Below, piece after piece: positions 20,086-32,765 of a stretch of 64,000 nt of DNA; the stretch's first letter is position 1, and every line of letters begins with the position of its first letter. The position numbers and the translations under genes were made by a program. The notes under the pieces were generated by a model. The model did no database searches. It was not told where the DNA came from and was given only the letters and a program-made list of their open reading frames with translations. This stretch comes from Methyloprofundus sp. (GTDB taxonomy: Bacteria > Pseudomonadota > Gammaproteobacteria > Methylococcales > Methylomonadaceae), in assembly GCA_012960135.1 (NCBI GenBank), contig DUBW01000040.1, forward strand, positions 185-64,184. Reading direction: 5' to 3'.

Positions 20086-21426
20086 TCAAGCAGTGATTGC
20101 ATTCTTAACATCATCAGCTAAAGATTGTGCATATTTGTTTACTTTTACTTCATCAGCACCCTCAACCATAACCCTGATTAATGGTTCCGTACCTGATGCA
20201 CGTAATAATACACGCCCATTATCACCTAAAGCTTTTTCTACCAACTTGACAGATTTCTGTATCGCCTCATTGCTGGCAAGATCCACTTTTTTACTGACTC
20301 TTACATTGAGTAATACCTGTGGATATTTACTCATTTCAGACTTAAGCTCATATAGCGACTTTCCGGTTTTATGTACTTCAGCCAATACCTGTAGCGCGGC
20401 GACTATTCCATCTCCTGTGGTCGTTCTATCCAGGCAGATAATATGTCCTGAACCTTCTCCGCCTAAAATACTATGATGCTTTTGCATTAACCCCAATACA
20501 TATCGATCGCCCACATTGGCACGAAGCAGATCTATGTTAAGTTTTTTAAGCGCATGCTCCATGCCTAAATTACTCATTAAAGTACCCACCACAGGACCTG
20601 TTAATGTCTTGGCTGATTGCCTGGCTTTAGCAATGATAAAAACTAACTCATCGCCATCTACAATTTCGCCTTTATGATCAACCATAATCAGGCGATCTCC
20701 ATCGCCGTCTAAGGCAATTCCTAGATCCGCATGAAATTCTATAACTGCTTCCTGCAGACGTTCAGGCATAGTTGCGCCACATTTTTCATTTATATTCAAG
20801 CCATTGGGGTCAGTTGCAATTTTGATGACTTCCGCCCCCACTTCACTGAACACATGAGGCGCGATATGGTAAGTCGAGCCATTAGCACAGTCGACAACGA
20901 TTCTAAGCCCATTAAAATCGATACTGGCTGGAATACTCGCTTTACAAAATTCTATATATCGGCCTGGCGCATCAGGCAGTCGCCGTGCTTTACCCAGTTT
21001 ATCTGAAGCCACTGTATTCATAGGCTGGTCAAGATAATACTCAATTTTATATTCTAGTTCATCGGCTAACTTGACACCTTCGTTAGAAAAGAATTTGATG
21101 CCGTTATCATAATAAGGATTATGAGAGGCACTGATCACTATACCCGCCTTCGCGCGCAGTGTTCGTGTCAGGTAGGCTATTCCCGGTGTTGGCATAGGGC
21201 CTAATAAACGCGTATTGACACCTGCCGCCGAGAGTCCCGCCTCTAAAGCCGACTCGAACATATATCCGGAAATTCGCGTATCTTTACCGACTAAAACAAA
21301 GCCTTGCCCTTCCTCGGCAAATACTCTACCGGTTGCCCAGCCTAATCTTAGAAAAAAATCAGGTGTGATGGGCTCTTCTCCGACCGTACCTCGAATACCA
21401 TCAGTTCCAAAATATTTCTTGCTCAT
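20086..21426 (-). CDS. glmM: phosphoglucosamine mutase
   Basis: [29 protein letters not shown]. Confidence 0.98.
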   Translation of the reverse strand: MSKKYFGTDGIRGTVGEEPITPDFFLRLGWATGRVFAEEGQGFVLVGKDTRISGYMFESALEAGLSAAGVNTRLLGPMPTPGIAYLTRTLRAKAGIVISASHNPYYDNGIKFFSNEGVKLADELEYKIEYYLDQPMNTVASDKLGKARRLPDAPGRYIEFCKASIPASIDFNGLRIVVDCANGSTYHIAPHVFSEVGAEVIKIATDPNGLNINEKCGATMPERLQEAVIEFHADLGIALDGDGDRLIMVDHKGEIVDGDELVFIIAKARQSAKTLTGPVVGTLMSNLGMEHALKKLNIDLLRANVGDRYVLGLMQKHHSILGGEGSGHIICLDRTTTGDGIVAALQVLAEVHKTGKSLYELKSEMSKYPQVLLNVRVSKKVDLASNEAIQKSVKLVEKALGDNGRVLLRASGTEPLIRVMVEGADEVKVNKYAQSLADDVKNAITA

Positions 21427-21452
21427 ATCTCTGCTCCCTGTTCATCCTTAAC

Positions 21453-21485
21453 AAAAAAAAGGAGAGGTTTTAAACCTCTCCTTTT
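21453..21485 (-). terminator. intrinsic terminator after ftsH
   Basis: AAAAGGAGAGGTTT-T-AAACCTCTCCTTTT hairpin with a T8 tract on the minus strand. Confidence 0.85.
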
Positions 21486-21488
21486 AGT

Positions 21489-23417
21489 TTAGTTTTGCTC
21501 AGCAGTATTAATGTTGGGGGCTTCTGGTTCTTTCGTGCCTATAGCACTTGCTGCTTTAATCCCATGATTAGGTGGCTCAATATCATCCCAGCCTTGCGGA
21601 TCTCTTACTCGCCGACGCGCCATCAGATCTTCAATCTGATCCTTATCAATAGTTTCATATTTCATTAAAGCATCAGACATGGAATGTAATATATCTTCAT
21701 TATCTTTTAAGATTTTCTCGGCACGCTCATAGTTTTTATCAATAATAGAACGTATCTCTTCGTCTATAGTATGCGAAGTCTCATCGGCAACACTTTTATG
21801 TTGCGTCACTGAACGCCCTAAAAAGACCTCACCTTCTTCTTCACTATAAGCCAAAGGTCCTAAGCGCTGCGAAAAACCCCATTTAGTAACCATATTTCTT
21901 GCTAGTTCAGTAGCGCGCTCGATATCGTTTGAAGCGCCTGTGGAAACTTGCTCCCAGCCAAAAATCTGTGCCTCAGCAATACGTCCACCATATAAACTGG
22001 AAATCATGCTATCTAGTTTACGCTTGCTAGCACTGTACTGATCCTTCTCAGGCAAAAACATGGTAACACCCAGAGCACGTCCACGCGGCATAATACTCAC
22101 TTTATAAACCGGGTCATGCTCAGGAACTATATTACCAACGATAGCATGGCCGGCTTCATGATAAGCCGTCATCTTCTTCTCTTTTTCATCCATTACCATA
22201 GAGCGCTTTTCTGCGCCCATAATAAGCTTATCCTTTGCTTTCTCGAGGTCAAACATACTGACCAAGCGCTTGTTCATTCTAGCCGCATATAAGGCAGCTT
22301 CATTTACCAGGTTTGCCAAATCAGCACCAGAAAAACCTGGCGTGCCTTGTGCAATATATTTAATCTGCACATCATCGGCAGCAGGTACTTTACCCATATG
22401 CACAGCCAGAATTTTTTCCCGACCTTTTACATCTGGGAGACTGACTGTTACCTGACGATCAAATCGCCCAGGACGCAATAACGCAGCATCCAGCACATCA
22501 GCCCGGTTAGTTGCCGCGATAACAATAACCCCTTCATTGCCTTCAAAGCCATCCATTTCAACTAATAACTGGTTTAAGGTTTGTTCGCGCTCATCATTGC
22601 CTCCACCCAGGCCGGCACCACGCTGACGACCCACAGCATCAATTTCATCTATAAAGATAATACACGGAGAGTGTTTTTTTGCCTGCTCAAACATATCCCT
22701 GACACGTGATGCACCGACACCAACGAACATTTCCACAAAATCAGAACCAGAAATAGTGAAAAATGGCACCTTGGCTTCACCCGCAATAGCTCTCGCTAAT
22801 AAGGTTTTACCTGTTCCTGGAGGGCCTATCATCAACGCACCACGCGGTATTTTTCCACCTAGCTTTTGATATTTTGCTGGGTCTTTAAGAAAATCCACCA
22901 TTTCTTCGACTTCTTCTTTGGCTTCATCACAACCTGCAACGTCGGCAAATGTCACTTTTATCTGGTCTTCTTCAAGCATCCGGGCCTTGCTCTTACCAAA
23001 GCTCATCGGCCCGCCTTTACCACCGGCACCGCCTTGCATCTGACGCATAAAAAATACCCAGACGCCAATCAATAATAGCATTGGGAACCATGAGATAAAA
23101 ATCTGCATTAACATGGATTCCTGATCAGCCGCCTGGGCCTTGATTTCCACACCATTTGCTAATAGATCATCAACCAGGTGAGGATCATTCGGCGCATAGG
23201 AAGTAAATTTTTCGCCTCCTTGCAGTTCTCCTTTTATGCCGTTTTCATCGTCTAAAATAACATTTTGTACTTGCCCTGATTTTACCGCGTCAATAAATTG
23301 CGAGTAGGAAAGTGCTTCATTTTTTTGTGTTCCCCGGGAACCAAAATTATTAAATACGGACATCAAAACAACGGCTATGACTACCCATAAAAGTACATTT
23401 TTAAACAAATCGTTCAA
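21489..23417 (-). CDS. ftsH: ATP-dependent zinc metalloprotease FtsH
   Basis: Two TMs, [23 protein letters not shown]; start placed at TTG 23417. Confidence 0.98.
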   Translation of the reverse strand: MNDLFKNVLLWVVIAVVLMSVFNNFGSRGTQKNEALSYSQFIDAVKSGQVQNVILDDENGIKGELQGGEKFTSYAPNDPHLVDDLLANGVEIKAQAADQESMLMQIFISWFPMLLLIGVWVFFMRQMQGGAGGKGGPMSFGKSKARMLEEDQIKVTFADVAGCDEAKEEVEEMVDFLKDPAKYQKLGGKIPRGALMIGPPGTGKTLLARAIAGEAKVPFFTISGSDFVEMFVGVGASRVRDMFEQAKKHSPCIIFIDEIDAVGRQRGAGLGGGNDEREQTLNQLLVEMDGFEGNEGVIVIAATNRADVLDAALLRPGRFDRQVTVSLPDVKGREKILAVHMGKVPAADDVQIKYIAQGTPGFSGADLANLVNEAALYAARMNKRLVSMFDLEKAKDKLIMGAEKRSMVMDEKEKKMTAYHEAGHAIVGNIVPEHDPVYKVSIMPRGRALGVTMFLPEKDQYSASKRKLDSMISSLYGGRIAEAQIFGWEQVSTGASNDIERATELARNMVTKWGFSQRLGPLAYSEEEGEVFLGRSVTQHKSVADETSHTIDEEIRSIIDKNYERAEKILKDNEDILHSMSDALMKYETIDKDQIEDLMARRRVRDPQGWDDIEPPNHGIKAASAIGTKEPEAPNINTAEQN

Positions 23418-23553
23418 TTTTTTTCGCCCCTGACTACCAGTCCTTATCAAAAAATCATTAGATAGTAATTATATCAGGCTTATGTTCCCTGACTTATCAC
23501 TATTCATTCCAGCTTGCCAAAAACAAACCAGTAACCATATATAATAAGGGCTG

Positions 23554-24177
23554 TTATTGCTTTTTAAAGCCCTTAGCTAAAATATAAACTTCATTACTCC
23601 GCGCTCTAGAAGACTTCGGTTTTCTAATCAGTACCTTTGTAAATGAGCTTGCTACCTGCTTTTTATATTCCTCAAAACCCGCACCTTGAAATACCTTAAC
23701 CAGAAAGGAGCCACCCTCGACTAAAACTGTCTCTGCCGTTTCGAGCGCTAATTCACATAAATACATCGCACAAGGCTGATCTATCGCCTTATTACCACTT
23801 AAATTAGGCGCCATATCAGATAAAACCAAATCGACCGGTGCACCATCCAGAATTTCACTCAACTGCTCATAAACTGCATTTTCCCTAAAATCCCCCTGAA
23901 TAAAGTCTACGCCCTCAATGGGAGCTATATCCAGAATATCCAGAGCAACAACTTTTTGTTTCTTACCAACGATGCCTCGCACGTACTCAGACCAGCCGCC
24001 GGGAGCCGCACCTAAATCCACGATATTCATGCCGGTGTGCACGAGTTTATCTTTTTCAATGATTTCAATAAGCTTAAACGTAGCCCGGGATCGATACCCT
24101 AACGCTTTCGCTTTTTTAACATATTCATCATTAAGATGCTCTTGCATCCATTCATTACTACTTTTACTACGCGCCAT
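23554..24177 (-). CDS. rlmE: 23S rRNA Um2552 methyltransferase
   Basis: GYRSRA.FKL, DLGAAPGGWS, SDMAPN, SRARS.EVY. Confidence 0.97.
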   Translation of the reverse strand: MARSKSSNEWMQEHLNDEYVKKAKALGYRSRATFKLIEIIEKDKLVHTGMNIVDLGAAPGGWSEYVRGIVGKKQKVVALDILDIAPIEGVDFIQGDFRENAVYEQLSEILDGAPVDLVLSDMAPNLSGNKAIDQPCAMYLCELALETAETVLVEGGSFLVKVFQGAGFEEYKKQVASSFTKVLIRKPKSSRARSNEVYILAKGFKKQ

Positions 24178-24232
24178 AAATTGTGTTATTAGTGTAGAAT
24201 TGCATTACATTTTTTATTGAAGGACATACAGA

Positions 24233-24547
24233 GTGAATTCTGACCAACTGAAACAAATGAAAACCAAGGCTCATGAGCTAAAGCCTGTAATTATGATAGG
24301 CCAGGCCGGCTTAACCGACGCGGTACTTAAAGAAATTGAACTAGCGCTTGATATTCATGAACTGATTAAAATAAAAATTCGCGCCGAAAGAGAGGAGCGA
24401 AAATTAATTCAGCAACACATCTGCACAAAAACTTCTGCTGAACTAATCCAGAGTATCGGTCAGGTTGTTGTTATTTACCGCAAAAAGCCCGAGCAAGCAA
24501 AGAAAAAACCTGCGCCACATACCAGAAGAAGAGACGGCACTCGCTAG
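24233..24547 (+). CDS. yhbY: YhbY family RNA-binding (CRM) protein
   Basis: AH.LKPV.MIG..GLT, HELIKIK; divergent from rlmE. Confidence 0.93.
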   Translation: MNSDQLKQMKTKAHELKPVIMIGQAGLTDAVLKEIELALDIHELIKIKIRAEREERKLIQQHICTKTSAELIQSIGQVVVIYRKKPEQAKKKPAPHTRRRDGTR

Positions 24548-24563
24548 GAAATTTAACAAACCA

Positions 24564-24629
24564 TAGAGCGTGGCTTTAGCCAGTCAATATCTGAAATTCC
24601 AGATAAAAGTGAGCTAAAGACACGTCCAC
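24564..24629. repeat. REP-like inverted doublet
   Basis: TAGAGCGTGGCTTTAGCC...GAGCTAAAGACACGTCCAC between the convergent yhbY and greA. Confidence 0.7.
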
Positions 24630-24642
24630 CATTCAATAATAC

Positions 24643-25119
24643 TTAAATATATTGAATAGATAAAATTTCGTAATCTACTTCACCGCCAGGCGCCTTAACC
24701 GTAATAACATCTTCCTCTTCTTTACCAATCATTGCTCTGGCAATAGGGGAGCCTACAGAAATACGTCCTGCTTTAATATCTGCTTCATCTTGACCAACAA
24801 TCTGATAGATTACTTTTTTCTCAGTCCCTAAATCTTCTATTTCTACCGTTGCACCAAAAATAACCTTGCCTTTAGCATCAATCGTTGTAACGTCGATTAC
24901 CTGTGCATTAGCTAATTTTGCTTCAATCTCATTAATGCGCCCTTCCGAAAAACTCTGTTGCTCACGAGCAGCATGATATTCTGCATTTTCTTTTAAATCA
25001 CCATGCGCTCTTGCTGTTGCAATCGCTTCAACTATACGAGGTCTAGTTACTGTTTTTAATTCTTCTAACTCAGCATGTAACTTATCTGCCCCTGCAACGG
25101 TAAGAGGTACTTTATCCAT
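24643..25119 (-). CDS. greA: transcription elongation factor GreA
   Basis: [26 protein letters not shown]. Confidence 0.98.
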   Translation of the reverse strand: MDKVPLTVAGADKLHAELEELKTVTRPRIVEAIATARAHGDLKENAEYHAAREQQSFSEGRINEIEAKLANAQVIDVTTIDAKGKVIFGATVEIEDLGTEKKVIYQIVGQDEADIKAGRISVGSPIARAMIGKEEEDVITVKAPGGEVDYEILSIQYI

Positions 25120-25198
25120 CTAAAACTCCAAACTTTCTAGTTTATATTCAATTAATTAAAAACCAGCCTTCAACTTAGGGCTGGGTATTGTCAACCGG

Positions 25199-25258
25199 GT
25201 AGAGCGGGCTTTAGCCTGTCTATACCCACAATTAAAGCGGGCGAAAGCCACACCCTAC
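25199..25258. repeat. REP-like inverted doublet
   Basis: GTAGAGCGGGCTTTAGCC...GGCGAAAGCCACACCCTAC. Confidence 0.7.
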
Positions 25259-25292
25259 AAACCTAAAATAATAAATACTGGTACAAAAAATA

Positions 25293-28200
25293 CTAATGAA
25301 ATTCTTTATGCAAATCCTGCAAACAATTGACATCCCCAGCATCCAGCTCACCCAACGCATAGCAAGCAGCTTTTGCACCCGCCATAGTGGTGTAATAGGT
25401 CACATGATGCTGTAGTGCTTCTCTACGCATGGTAAACGAGTCTGCTACCGCTTTAACTCCTTCAGTGGTATTAAAGATTAATTGAATCTGATCATTTTTA
25501 ATCATATCAACCGTATTAGGGCGACCTTCATTCACTTTATAAACCACTTCACAGGCTATTCCTGCACTCTCAAGTACTTTTGCAGTTCCACGCGTTGCGA
25601 CGATAGCATAGTTTTTTGCAATCAGCATTTGAGCTATTTCAACTATTTTGGGTTTATCCGCTTCACGTATGCTAATCAGTACTTTACCACTACGGCTTAA
25701 ATCCACACCCGAAGCACGCTGAGATTTGGCAAAAGCCTCACCGAAGGTCTTGCCCACACCCATGACTTCACCGGTTGATTTCATTTCCGGCCCTAATAAT
25801 GGATCTACACCTGGAAATTTAACAAAAGGAAAAACTGCCTCTTTAACTGAAAAATACCCTGGAATGCGCTCTTCGGTAATGCCCTGCTCTATCAGTGACT
25901 TTCCTGCCATACACAGCGCAGCAATTTTTGCCAAAGGATAGCCGGTTGCCTTAGAAACAAAAGGCGCCGTACGCGAAGCTCGGGGATTGACTTCTAAAAC
26001 ATAAATGGTTTCACCCTGAATCGCAAACTGAGTATTCATCAAACCTCTTACGCCCAGTGCTTCCGCCATTTGAGCCACTTGAACCCGTAATTCATCTTGC
26101 AAATGCGGCGCTAAATCATAAGGTGGAATTGAACATGCGGAATCGCCAGAATGCACCCCGGCTTGCTCAACATGCTGCATTAAGCCACCAATTAATAAGG
26201 TTTCGCCATCATAAATCGCATCTACATCCATTTCAATCGCATCATCAAGAAAGCGATCCAGTAGTACCGGTGAATCATTGGAGACACTGATCGCTTCCTT
26301 CATATAACGTTGCAATGCCTCTTCGTTATAAACAATTTCCATACCCCTCCCACCCAATACATAAGAAGGACGTACGACCAGAGGAAAACCTAATTCTTTA
26401 GCAACATTCAGTGCCTGCTCTATTGATGAAGCCGTGCCATTAGGCGGTTGCTTCAAGTCTAATTTAACCAGTAATTTCTGAAAGCGCTCTCGGTCTTCTG
26501 CCAAATCGATAGCATCAGGCGACGTACCGATAATCGGCGCTCCTGAGGCTTCTAATTCACGCGCTAATTTCAGTGGTGTTTGCCCCCCATATTGCACGAT
26601 GACACCGACAGGATTCTCCAGATGAATGATTTCCAGCACATCTTCTAGTGTTAGTGACTCAAAATACAAGCGGTCCGAGGTATCAAAATCGGTGGAAACT
26701 GTTTCCGGATTACAATTCACCATAATGGTTTCATAACCCTCTTCACGCAATGCTAAAGCAGCATGCACACAACAATAATCAAACTCGATTCCTTGTCCAA
26801 TACGGTTAGGGCCACCGCCTAAGATAATAATCTTTTCTTTATCTGTTACACGCGCCTCACATTGCTGCTCATAAGTAGAATACAGGTATGCCGTATCAGA
26901 AGAAAATTCAGCCGCGCAGGAGTCTATACGCTTATAAACCGGGCGTATATTCTGTTTGTGCCGCGCTTTGCGAACATCTGACTCTTTGCTATCCAGTAAT
27001 TTTGCCAGACGCGCATCAGAAAACCCCTTTTGCTTTAAACGGAATAACTCTGCAGCCTTGATAGTCGCCAGAGTCTTTGTGGCTAAAGATTTTTCAGTTA
27101 AAACCAGATCTTCCACTTGCGCTAAAAACCATGGATCAATTTTGCTCGCTTCATGCACATCATCAAAAGACATGCCACTACGAAAAGCATCAGCAACATA
27201 CCATAGACGCTCTGGCCCTGGGTGGCGCATTTCTCGTTGCATTCTATCGCTGGCATCAGATTCATTGAAATCCACAATTTCATCCAGTCCATCGACGCCT
27301 ATTTCCAAACCGCGCAGGGCTTTTTGTAACGACTCCTGAAAAGTCCGCCCGATAGCCATTACTTCACCGACTGATTTCATCTGCGTGGTTAATCGATCAT
27401 CCGCCTGGGGAAACTTTTCAAAGGTAAATCGAGGAACCTTGGTTACCACGTAATCAATCGTAGGCTCAAAGGAAGCAGGAGTTGCGCCACCTGTTATCTC
27501 ATTTTTCAATTCATCCAGCGTATAACCGACAGCCAGCTTAGCTGCCACTTTTGCAATCGGGAAGCCTGTTGCTTTTGACGCCAAGGCAGATGAGCGCGAC
27601 ACCCGCGGATTCATTTCAATAACCACCATACGCCCATCAACCGGATTGATAGCTACCTGCACATTCGATCCGCCAGTATCAACGCCGATTTCACGTAACA
27701 CAGCCACCGAAACATTACGTAGAATCTGGTATTCTTTATCGGTAAGTGTCTGCGCAGGTGCTACGGTAATCGAATCCCCGGTATGCACCCCCATAGGGTC
27801 AAAATTCTCAATAGAACAGATGATGATGCAATTATCATTGCTATCACGCACAACTTCCATTTCGTATTCTTTCCAGCCGAGTACTGACTCTTCAACCAAT
27901 AATTCCTTGGTAGGTGATAAATACAGACCACGCTCGCAAATCTCAACAAATTCTTCTTTGTTGTACGCAATTCCACCACCACTGCCGCCCATGGTAAATG
28001 ACGGACGAATCACGGTTGGATAACCCACCTCTGCTTGCACCGCAAAAGCTTCTTCCATGCTATGCGCCGTTTTAGATTTAGCCACTTCAAAGCCGAGCCT
28101 ACCCATCGCCTGATTAAACAACTCTCTATCTTCCGCCATATTAATGGCTTCTTTGCTTGCCCCAATCATTTCCACGCCATATTTTTCTAATACGCCATGC

Positions 28201-28511
28201 TTATCAAGATCTAAGGCACAATTCAAAGCGGTTTGCCCTCCCATCGTCGGTAAAACCGCATCAGGACGTTCTTTTTCGATGATTTTCTCAACTGTCTGCC
28301 AATCGATTGGCTCGATATAAATCGCATCAGCCATATCCGGGTCGGTCATAATCGTTGCCGGATTTGAGTTGACCAGAATAATACGATAACCTTCTTCACG
28401 CAAAGCTTTACAAGCCTGCGTCCCTGAATAGTCAAACTCACAGGCTTGACCAATTACAATGGGACCTGCGCCTAATAATAAAATGGATTGTATATCGGTT
28501 CTTTTTGGCAT
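25293..28511 (-). CDS. carB: carbamoyl-phosphate synthase large subunit
   Basis: [17 protein letters not shown], duplicated ATP-grasp domains, MGS domain. Confidence 0.99.
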   Translation of the reverse strand: MPKRTDIQSILLLGAGPIVIGQACEFDYSGTQACKALREEGYRIILVNSNPATIMTDPDMADAIYIEPIDWQTVEKIIEKERPDAVLPTMGGQTALNCALDLDKHGVLEKYGVEMIGASKEAINMAEDRELFNQAMGRLGFEVAKSKTAHSMEEAFAVQAEVGYPTVIRPSFTMGGSGGGIAYNKEEFVEICERGLYLSPTKELLVEESVLGWKEYEMEVVRDSNDNCIIICSIENFDPMGVHTGDSITVAPAQTLTDKEYQILRNVSVAVLREIGVDTGGSNVQVAINPVDGRMVVIEMNPRVSRSSALASKATGFPIAKVAAKLAVGYTLDELKNEITGGATPASFEPTIDYVVTKVPRFTFEKFPQADDRLTTQMKSVGEVMAIGRTFQESLQKALRGLEIGVDGLDEIVDFNESDASDRMQREMRHPGPERLWYVADAFRSGMSFDDVHEASKIDPWFLAQVEDLVLTEKSLATKTLATIKAAELFRLKQKGFSDARLAKLLDSKESDVRKARHKQNIRPVYKRIDSCAAEFSSDTAYLYSTYEQQCEARVTDKEKIIILGGGPNRIGQGIEFDYCCVHAALALREEGYETIMVNCNPETVSTDFDTSDRLYFESLTLEDVLEIIHLENPVGVIVQYGGQTPLKLARELEASGAPIIGTSPDAIDLAEDRERFQKLLVKLDLKQPPNGTASSIEQALNVAKELGFPLVVRPSYVLGGRGMEIVYNEEALQRYMKEAISVSNDSPVLLDRFLDDAIEMDVDAIYDGETLLIGGLMQHVEQAGVHSGDSACSIPPYDLAPHLQDELRVQVAQMAEALGVRGLMNTQFAIQGETIYVLEVNPRASRTAPFVSKATGYPLAKIAALCMAGKSLIEQGITEERIPGYFSVKEAVFPFVKFPGVDPLLGPEMKSTGEVMGVGKTFGEAFAKSQRASGVDLSRSGKVLISIREADKPKIVEIAQMLIAKNYAIVATRGTAKVLESAGIACEVVYKVNEGRPNTVDMIKNDQIQLIFNTTEGVKAVADSFTMRREALQHHVTYYTTMAGAKAACYALGELDAGDVNCLQDLHKEFH

Positions 28512-28531
28512 ATTCGTTTATAACTCTATTA

Positions 28532-29659
28532 TTAGTTAGCTAGCTTCATCATTTCCATAAAGTCATCAAATAATGACTCAACATCATGCGGTCCTGGGCT
28601 CGCTTCAGGATGCCCCTGAAAGCTCATTGCCGGAATATCGGTACGCGCAATACCCTGTAAGCTACCATCAAATAGGGAGTAATAAGTCGCTGTTACATTA
28701 TTTGGCAATGTTTTTTCATCCACTGCAAATCCATGATTCTGGCTACTAATCATTACTCGTCCAGTTGCTTTTTCCTGTACCGGATGATTGGCGCCATGAT
28801 GGCCAAACTTCATTTTCTCAGTCTTGGCACCACAGGCCAAAGCTAATAACTGATGCCCTAAGCAAATACCAAATACCGGAATTTTGTGCTCTAAAATCGT
28901 CTGAATTGCAGATATGGCATAAGTACAGGGTTCTGGATCGCCGGGGCCATTGGACAGGAAAACACCATCCGGATTCATTGCCAGAACATCCGCAGCAGGG
29001 GTTGTCGCAGGTACGACAGTAACCTCGCAACCACGATTGACGAGCAAACGTAAGATATTACGCTTAACACCAAAATCATAAGCGACCACATGTTTGGTAA
29101 AATTGTCAGCTTGAGTATAGCCTTGCACAAGATCCCAGGTATTTTCTGTCCACTTGTAAGGCTGTGAGGTAGTTACCTCTTTTGCAAGATCCATCCCTTT
29201 TAAACCTGGAAATGCATCCAGGATAAATTTTGCAGTAGCTTCGTCGATCGTTTCACCTGCCATGATGCAGCCACGCTGTGCCCCTTTATCGCGTAATAAT
29301 CGCGTTAATTGACGGGTATCAATTTCTGCAATAGCAACAACATTATTAGCCTGTAAATATTCAGACAAGCCTTGTTGTGAACGAAAGTTACTGGCAAGCA
29401 CCGGTAAATCACGAATAACCAGACCACTGGCAAACACATCCGCTGATTCATTATCTTCATCGTTGGTACCAACATTGCCGATATGAGGATAAGTTAAGGT
29501 GATAATTTGTTTTGCATAGGAAGGATCACTGAGGATTTCCTGATACCCGGATAACGATGTATTAAACACCACCTCCCCAGCAGAACAGCCATCTGCGCCT
29601 ATCGACAGACCATTAAATACTGTTCCGTCCTCTAATAATAATAAAGCAGGTTTGTTCAA
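28532..29659 (-). CDS. carA: carbamoyl-phosphate synthase small subunit
   Basis: [22 protein letters not shown]; start placed at TTG 29659. Confidence 0.98.
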   Translation of the reverse strand: MNKPALLLLEDGTVFNGLSIGADGCSAGEVVFNTSLSGYQEILSDPSYAKQIITLTYPHIGNVGTNDEDNESADVFASGLVIRDLPVLASNFRSQQGLSEYLQANNVVAIAEIDTRQLTRLLRDKGAQRGCIMAGETIDEATAKFILDAFPGLKGMDLAKEVTTSQPYKWTENTWDLVQGYTQADNFTKHVVAYDFGVKRNILRLLVNRGCEVTVVPATTPAADVLAMNPDGVFLSNGPGDPEPCTYAISAIQTILEHKIPVFGICLGHQLLALACGAKTEKMKFGHHGANHPVQEKATGRVMISSQNHGFAVDEKTLPNNVTATYYSLFDGSLQGIARTDIPAMSFQGHPEASPGPHDVESLFDDFMEMMKLAN

Positions 29660-29679
29660 TGTAAGCACCTTAAATGTAC

Positions 29680-29711
29680 AAAAAACGGGAAGCACCTCGC
29701 GGCCCTTCCCG
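29680..29711 (-). terminator. terminator-like hairpin in the carA leader (possible attenuator)
   Basis: Minus strand CGGGAAG-N12-CTTCCCG-TTTTTT, ending about 20 nt before the carA start. Confidence 0.6.
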
Positions 29712-29893
29712 TTATAGAATAAATATAGCGTTATTCGGATAGCCGAATTATTAGTGTAATTTTACTGAATTATCGGGGTGCGGTCATTAAGATTTTGTAA
29801 ATTATCATTATTCAGGAAATATATAAAACCTGGATAGTGATTTTAACCCCCTGTAGAATTAAAGCTAGGCATAAAAAAACGCACAACGTTGTC

Positions 29894-30370
29894 TCAATAT
29901 AAGTCCGAGCTTTTGTCCATATTCCCTGTATCGCTATAGCACATGGCGACACCCACATTAAGCTGCCTTGCTTCCTGTACTTCACAGACAACAATCTGGT
30001 GGTCACCTGCAGATATTTCATGGCTTACTTTACAATCAAAATACGCCAGACTCTCTTGTAATACAGGCGCTCCGGTTAATGCTGCCGCCCAGGTTCCTAG
30101 CGACATTTTATCGCTCATTCCGGACTTGCCAAAATGCTCGGCCAGATGCATTTGCTCCCGACTTAAAACATTCACACTGCAAACACCGCCTTTTTGTAAT
30201 AATTGATAAGAGTAATGCTCAGGATTAATGCTAATCGCCAGCAACAACGGTGAAAAAGACACCTGCATCACCCATGCGGCAGTAAAGGCATTGGTTTTAT
30301 CACCATCTGCGACAGCAACGACATAAACACCCTGAGTAATATGCTGTAATATATTTTCTATTTCTTGCAT
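29894..30370 (-). CDS. flavin reductase family protein
   Basis: GVYVV, SFSPLL, GDHQIVV.EV. Confidence 0.88.
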   Translation of the reverse strand: MQEIENILQHITQGVYVVAVADGDKTNAFTAAWVMQVSFSPLLLAISINPEHYSYQLLQKGGVCSVNVLSREQMHLAEHFGKSGMSDKMSLGTWAAALTGAPVLQESLAYFDCKVSHEISAGDHQIVVCEVQEARQLNVGVAMCYSDTGNMDKSSDLY

Positions 30371-31200
30371 GGCTCTTTCTCCAAAACGATACGCATAGAT
30401 AAATCTATCGCCTGTACATTTTTAGTTAAAGCGCCGATAGAAATATAATTCACCCCTGTCTCCGCTATCTCACGAATGTTACTCAGCAAAATATTACCTG
30501 AGGCTTCCAGCTCGCACCGCCCTGCTACTTTATTAACGGCTAACTGTAAATGCGCAATAGAAAAATTATCCAGCATAACTCTATCTGGCCCCGCTGCCAG
30601 TGCCTGATCTAGTTCAGCCATGGACTCAACCTCAACCTCTAGCAACTTATCACTTATTTTCCTTGCCTGGGCAACAGCCTGGGCAATAGAGCCTGCAGCC
30701 ATAATATGGTTTTCTTTGATCAGAATCCCGTCATACAAGCCAATCCGATGATTATGGCAGCCACCACAGGTCACCGCATATTTTTGTGCATCACGTAAAC
30801 CCGGGATGGTTTTCCGGGTATCCAGGACCTGACAACCTGTTCCTGCAACCTCATTCGCATATAGACGGGCTAGTGTGGCAATTGCAGAAAGAGTCTGTAA
30901 TAAATTCAGTGCCGTCCTTTCCCCGGTTAATAAAGCGCGCGCGTTCCCCTTCAGCGTACATAGCAAAGTGCCGGCTGCTAACCATTGTCCTTCCTGAACA
31001 TGCCATTGCACTTTTAAATCAGTAGATAAAGCGTTAAAAACGGCATTAAACCATTCCTGCCCACAACAGACCATAGCATCACGGGTGATTACATTTGCTT
31101 CTGCCTCACAAGCCGCTGGAATAATTAACGCAGTAATATCACCACTGCCTATATCTTCATCCAGAAAAGCTTGTACATTGATAGACATAGAATAGGACAT
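30358..31200 (-). CDS. nadC: nicotinate-nucleotide diphosphorylase (carboxylating)
   Basis: EDIGSGDIT, GERTALN, DTRKTIPGLR, LIKENH, MLDNF, EASG. Confidence 0.97.
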   Translation of the reverse strand: MSYSMSINVQAFLDEDIGSGDITALIIPAACEAEANVITRDAMVCCGQEWFNAVFNALSTDLKVQWHVQEGQWLAAGTLLCTLKGNARALLTGERTALNLLQTLSAIATLARLYANEVAGTGCQVLDTRKTIPGLRDAQKYAVTCGGCHNHRIGLYDGILIKENHIMAAGSIAQAVAQARKISDKLLEVEVESMAELDQALAAGPDRVMLDNFSIAHLQLAVNKVAGRCELEASGNILLSNIREIAETGVNYISIGALTKNVQAIDLSMRIVLEKEPCKK

Positions 31201-31464
31201 CTGTTAGAAAAGACACAATGAGAGGTAGTGATAATGCGTGATTAAACTATAAAATCACCAAGAGAATGGAGCAAGGATTAAATAATACCCAGATCTTGAC
31301 TTGTCCTTTTGCCCGTTTTCTGTATTGTAACAATAGTTGCGTAGCTTGCTATGCGCCTATTGCTAGGCATTGAAAACGAACAAAAGTCTGCATATCATTA
31401 AATCCTCACTCCTAAAAGTACGCAGCGCATCACTCACACAACGTACCCCAAAACAATAGACCGC

Positions 31465-31965
31465 CTAATTTGATGCTTGCAATTTACTCAGTACCACACT
31501 CATCAATTGCGTATCATAATGGCGTTTTAAAGTTGAATCGGTAGGTCGTGGAGGCATTGTTGCTTCAGTTTCAGCGACTAATTGTTGAATCACATCTCGC
31601 TTTAATTCTTTTTCTACAGGAATATCAGTTTTTGTGCTTGCTGGTATGGATATCTCTTCAACAACAGGCTCTTTACTTTTACTCGCACTGGATCTATCAG
31701 CGCTCTGTTCAGCTTCCTGGTTCTGTAGATAGTGCCGTCTTAATGCAGAATCTTCCGGGAGATTGCTAACTGCTTTAGTGGCTGCTGCAGGCTTGGTTTT
31801 AACCGGATCGGGTGCTTGTATCGCTTCTGGTCTCTCGCTATTCGCCTGGGTTGTTGCTAGTGTATTAGCATCCCCAGATGCAGAACCTTCTGTATCATTC
31901 TTGTTCATGCGCAGATAAAACCACCCTGCAGCTACAACGACTAAAACCACGATAAATTCAAACAC
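31465..31965 (-). CDS. membrane-anchored hypothetical protein with a repeated DSxLxRHY motif
   Basis: N-terminal TM, low-complexity linker, LPEDSALRRHY and PTDSTLKRHY. Confidence 0.75.
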   Translation of the reverse strand: MFEFIVVLVVVAAGWFYLRMNKNDTEGSASGDANTLATTQANSERPEAIQAPDPVKTKPAAATKAVSNLPEDSALRRHYLQNQEAEQSADRSSASKSKEPVVEEISIPASTKTDIPVEKELKRDVIQQLVAETEATMPPRPTDSTLKRHYDTQLMSVVLSKLQASN

Positions 31966-32131
31966 AGATTTCTCCTTTTAATTATTTATTTTTATATGAG
32001 AACCAAGAACGCACAGTTTGAGCGCCTTTAACAAATACCCATTACTCAGGTCGCATTATTCCATATAATAATGCGGATAGTAATAAGATTTTTTATATAC
32101 TTATCTTTTTTCTTTTAAACCACCCTTAACA

Positions 32132-32698
32132 ATGAAAATTAACAATCACTGGCTGATATCGGCAGATAAAATAAACTCGCCTAACTTCGATACACGTGAT
32201 GATGAAAAGGATATATCATTAATCGTCATTCACTGCATTAGCTTACCTGAGGGGCAATTCAACACCCCCTATATTGAACAATTATTTACTAATCAGCTTA
32301 GCGATCAGTCTCACCCGGATTTTGCTGAAATTTGTCACCTTCAGGTTTCCAGTCATATCGTTATTAACCGTGCGGGTGTGATTGCCCAATATGTCCCTTT
32401 CAATAAACGCGCATGGCATGCGGGGGTTTCAGAATACAACCACCGTAAAAAATGTAATGATTTTTCGATAGGCATAGAATTAGAAGGAACGGAATATAGT
32501 CCCTATACAGAGATACAATATACTCAACTTGCTTTACTAATCGATTGTTTACTCCAATCCTACCCCAGACTTAGCCGGAAAAACATTACTGGACATAGTG
32601 ACATCGCACCACTGCGTAAAACAGATCCTGGCAAGTCTTTTGACTGGGAAAAACTCTATTCATATCTAAACAAAATGGTCAGGAATACCGGTAATTAA
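32132..32698 (+). CDS. ampD: 1,6-anhydro-N-acetylmuramyl-L-alanine amidase
   Basis: IVIHCISLP, VSSH, AWHAG, DFSIGIELEG, GHSDIAP.RKTDPG. Confidence 0.96.
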   Translation: MKINNHWLISADKINSPNFDTRDDEKDISLIVIHCISLPEGQFNTPYIEQLFTNQLSDQSHPDFAEICHLQVSSHIVINRAGVIAQYVPFNKRAWHAGVSEYNHRKKCNDFSIGIELEGTEYSPYTEIQYTQLALLIDCLLQSYPRLSRKNITGHSDIAPLRKTDPGKSFDWEKLYSYLNKMVRNTGN

Positions 32699-32765
32699 TA
32701 AAGTACCCTAACCTACTTTAAATTGCTCGCCACTGCATTCCGTCGTATTTATTGATAGAAAAAAC

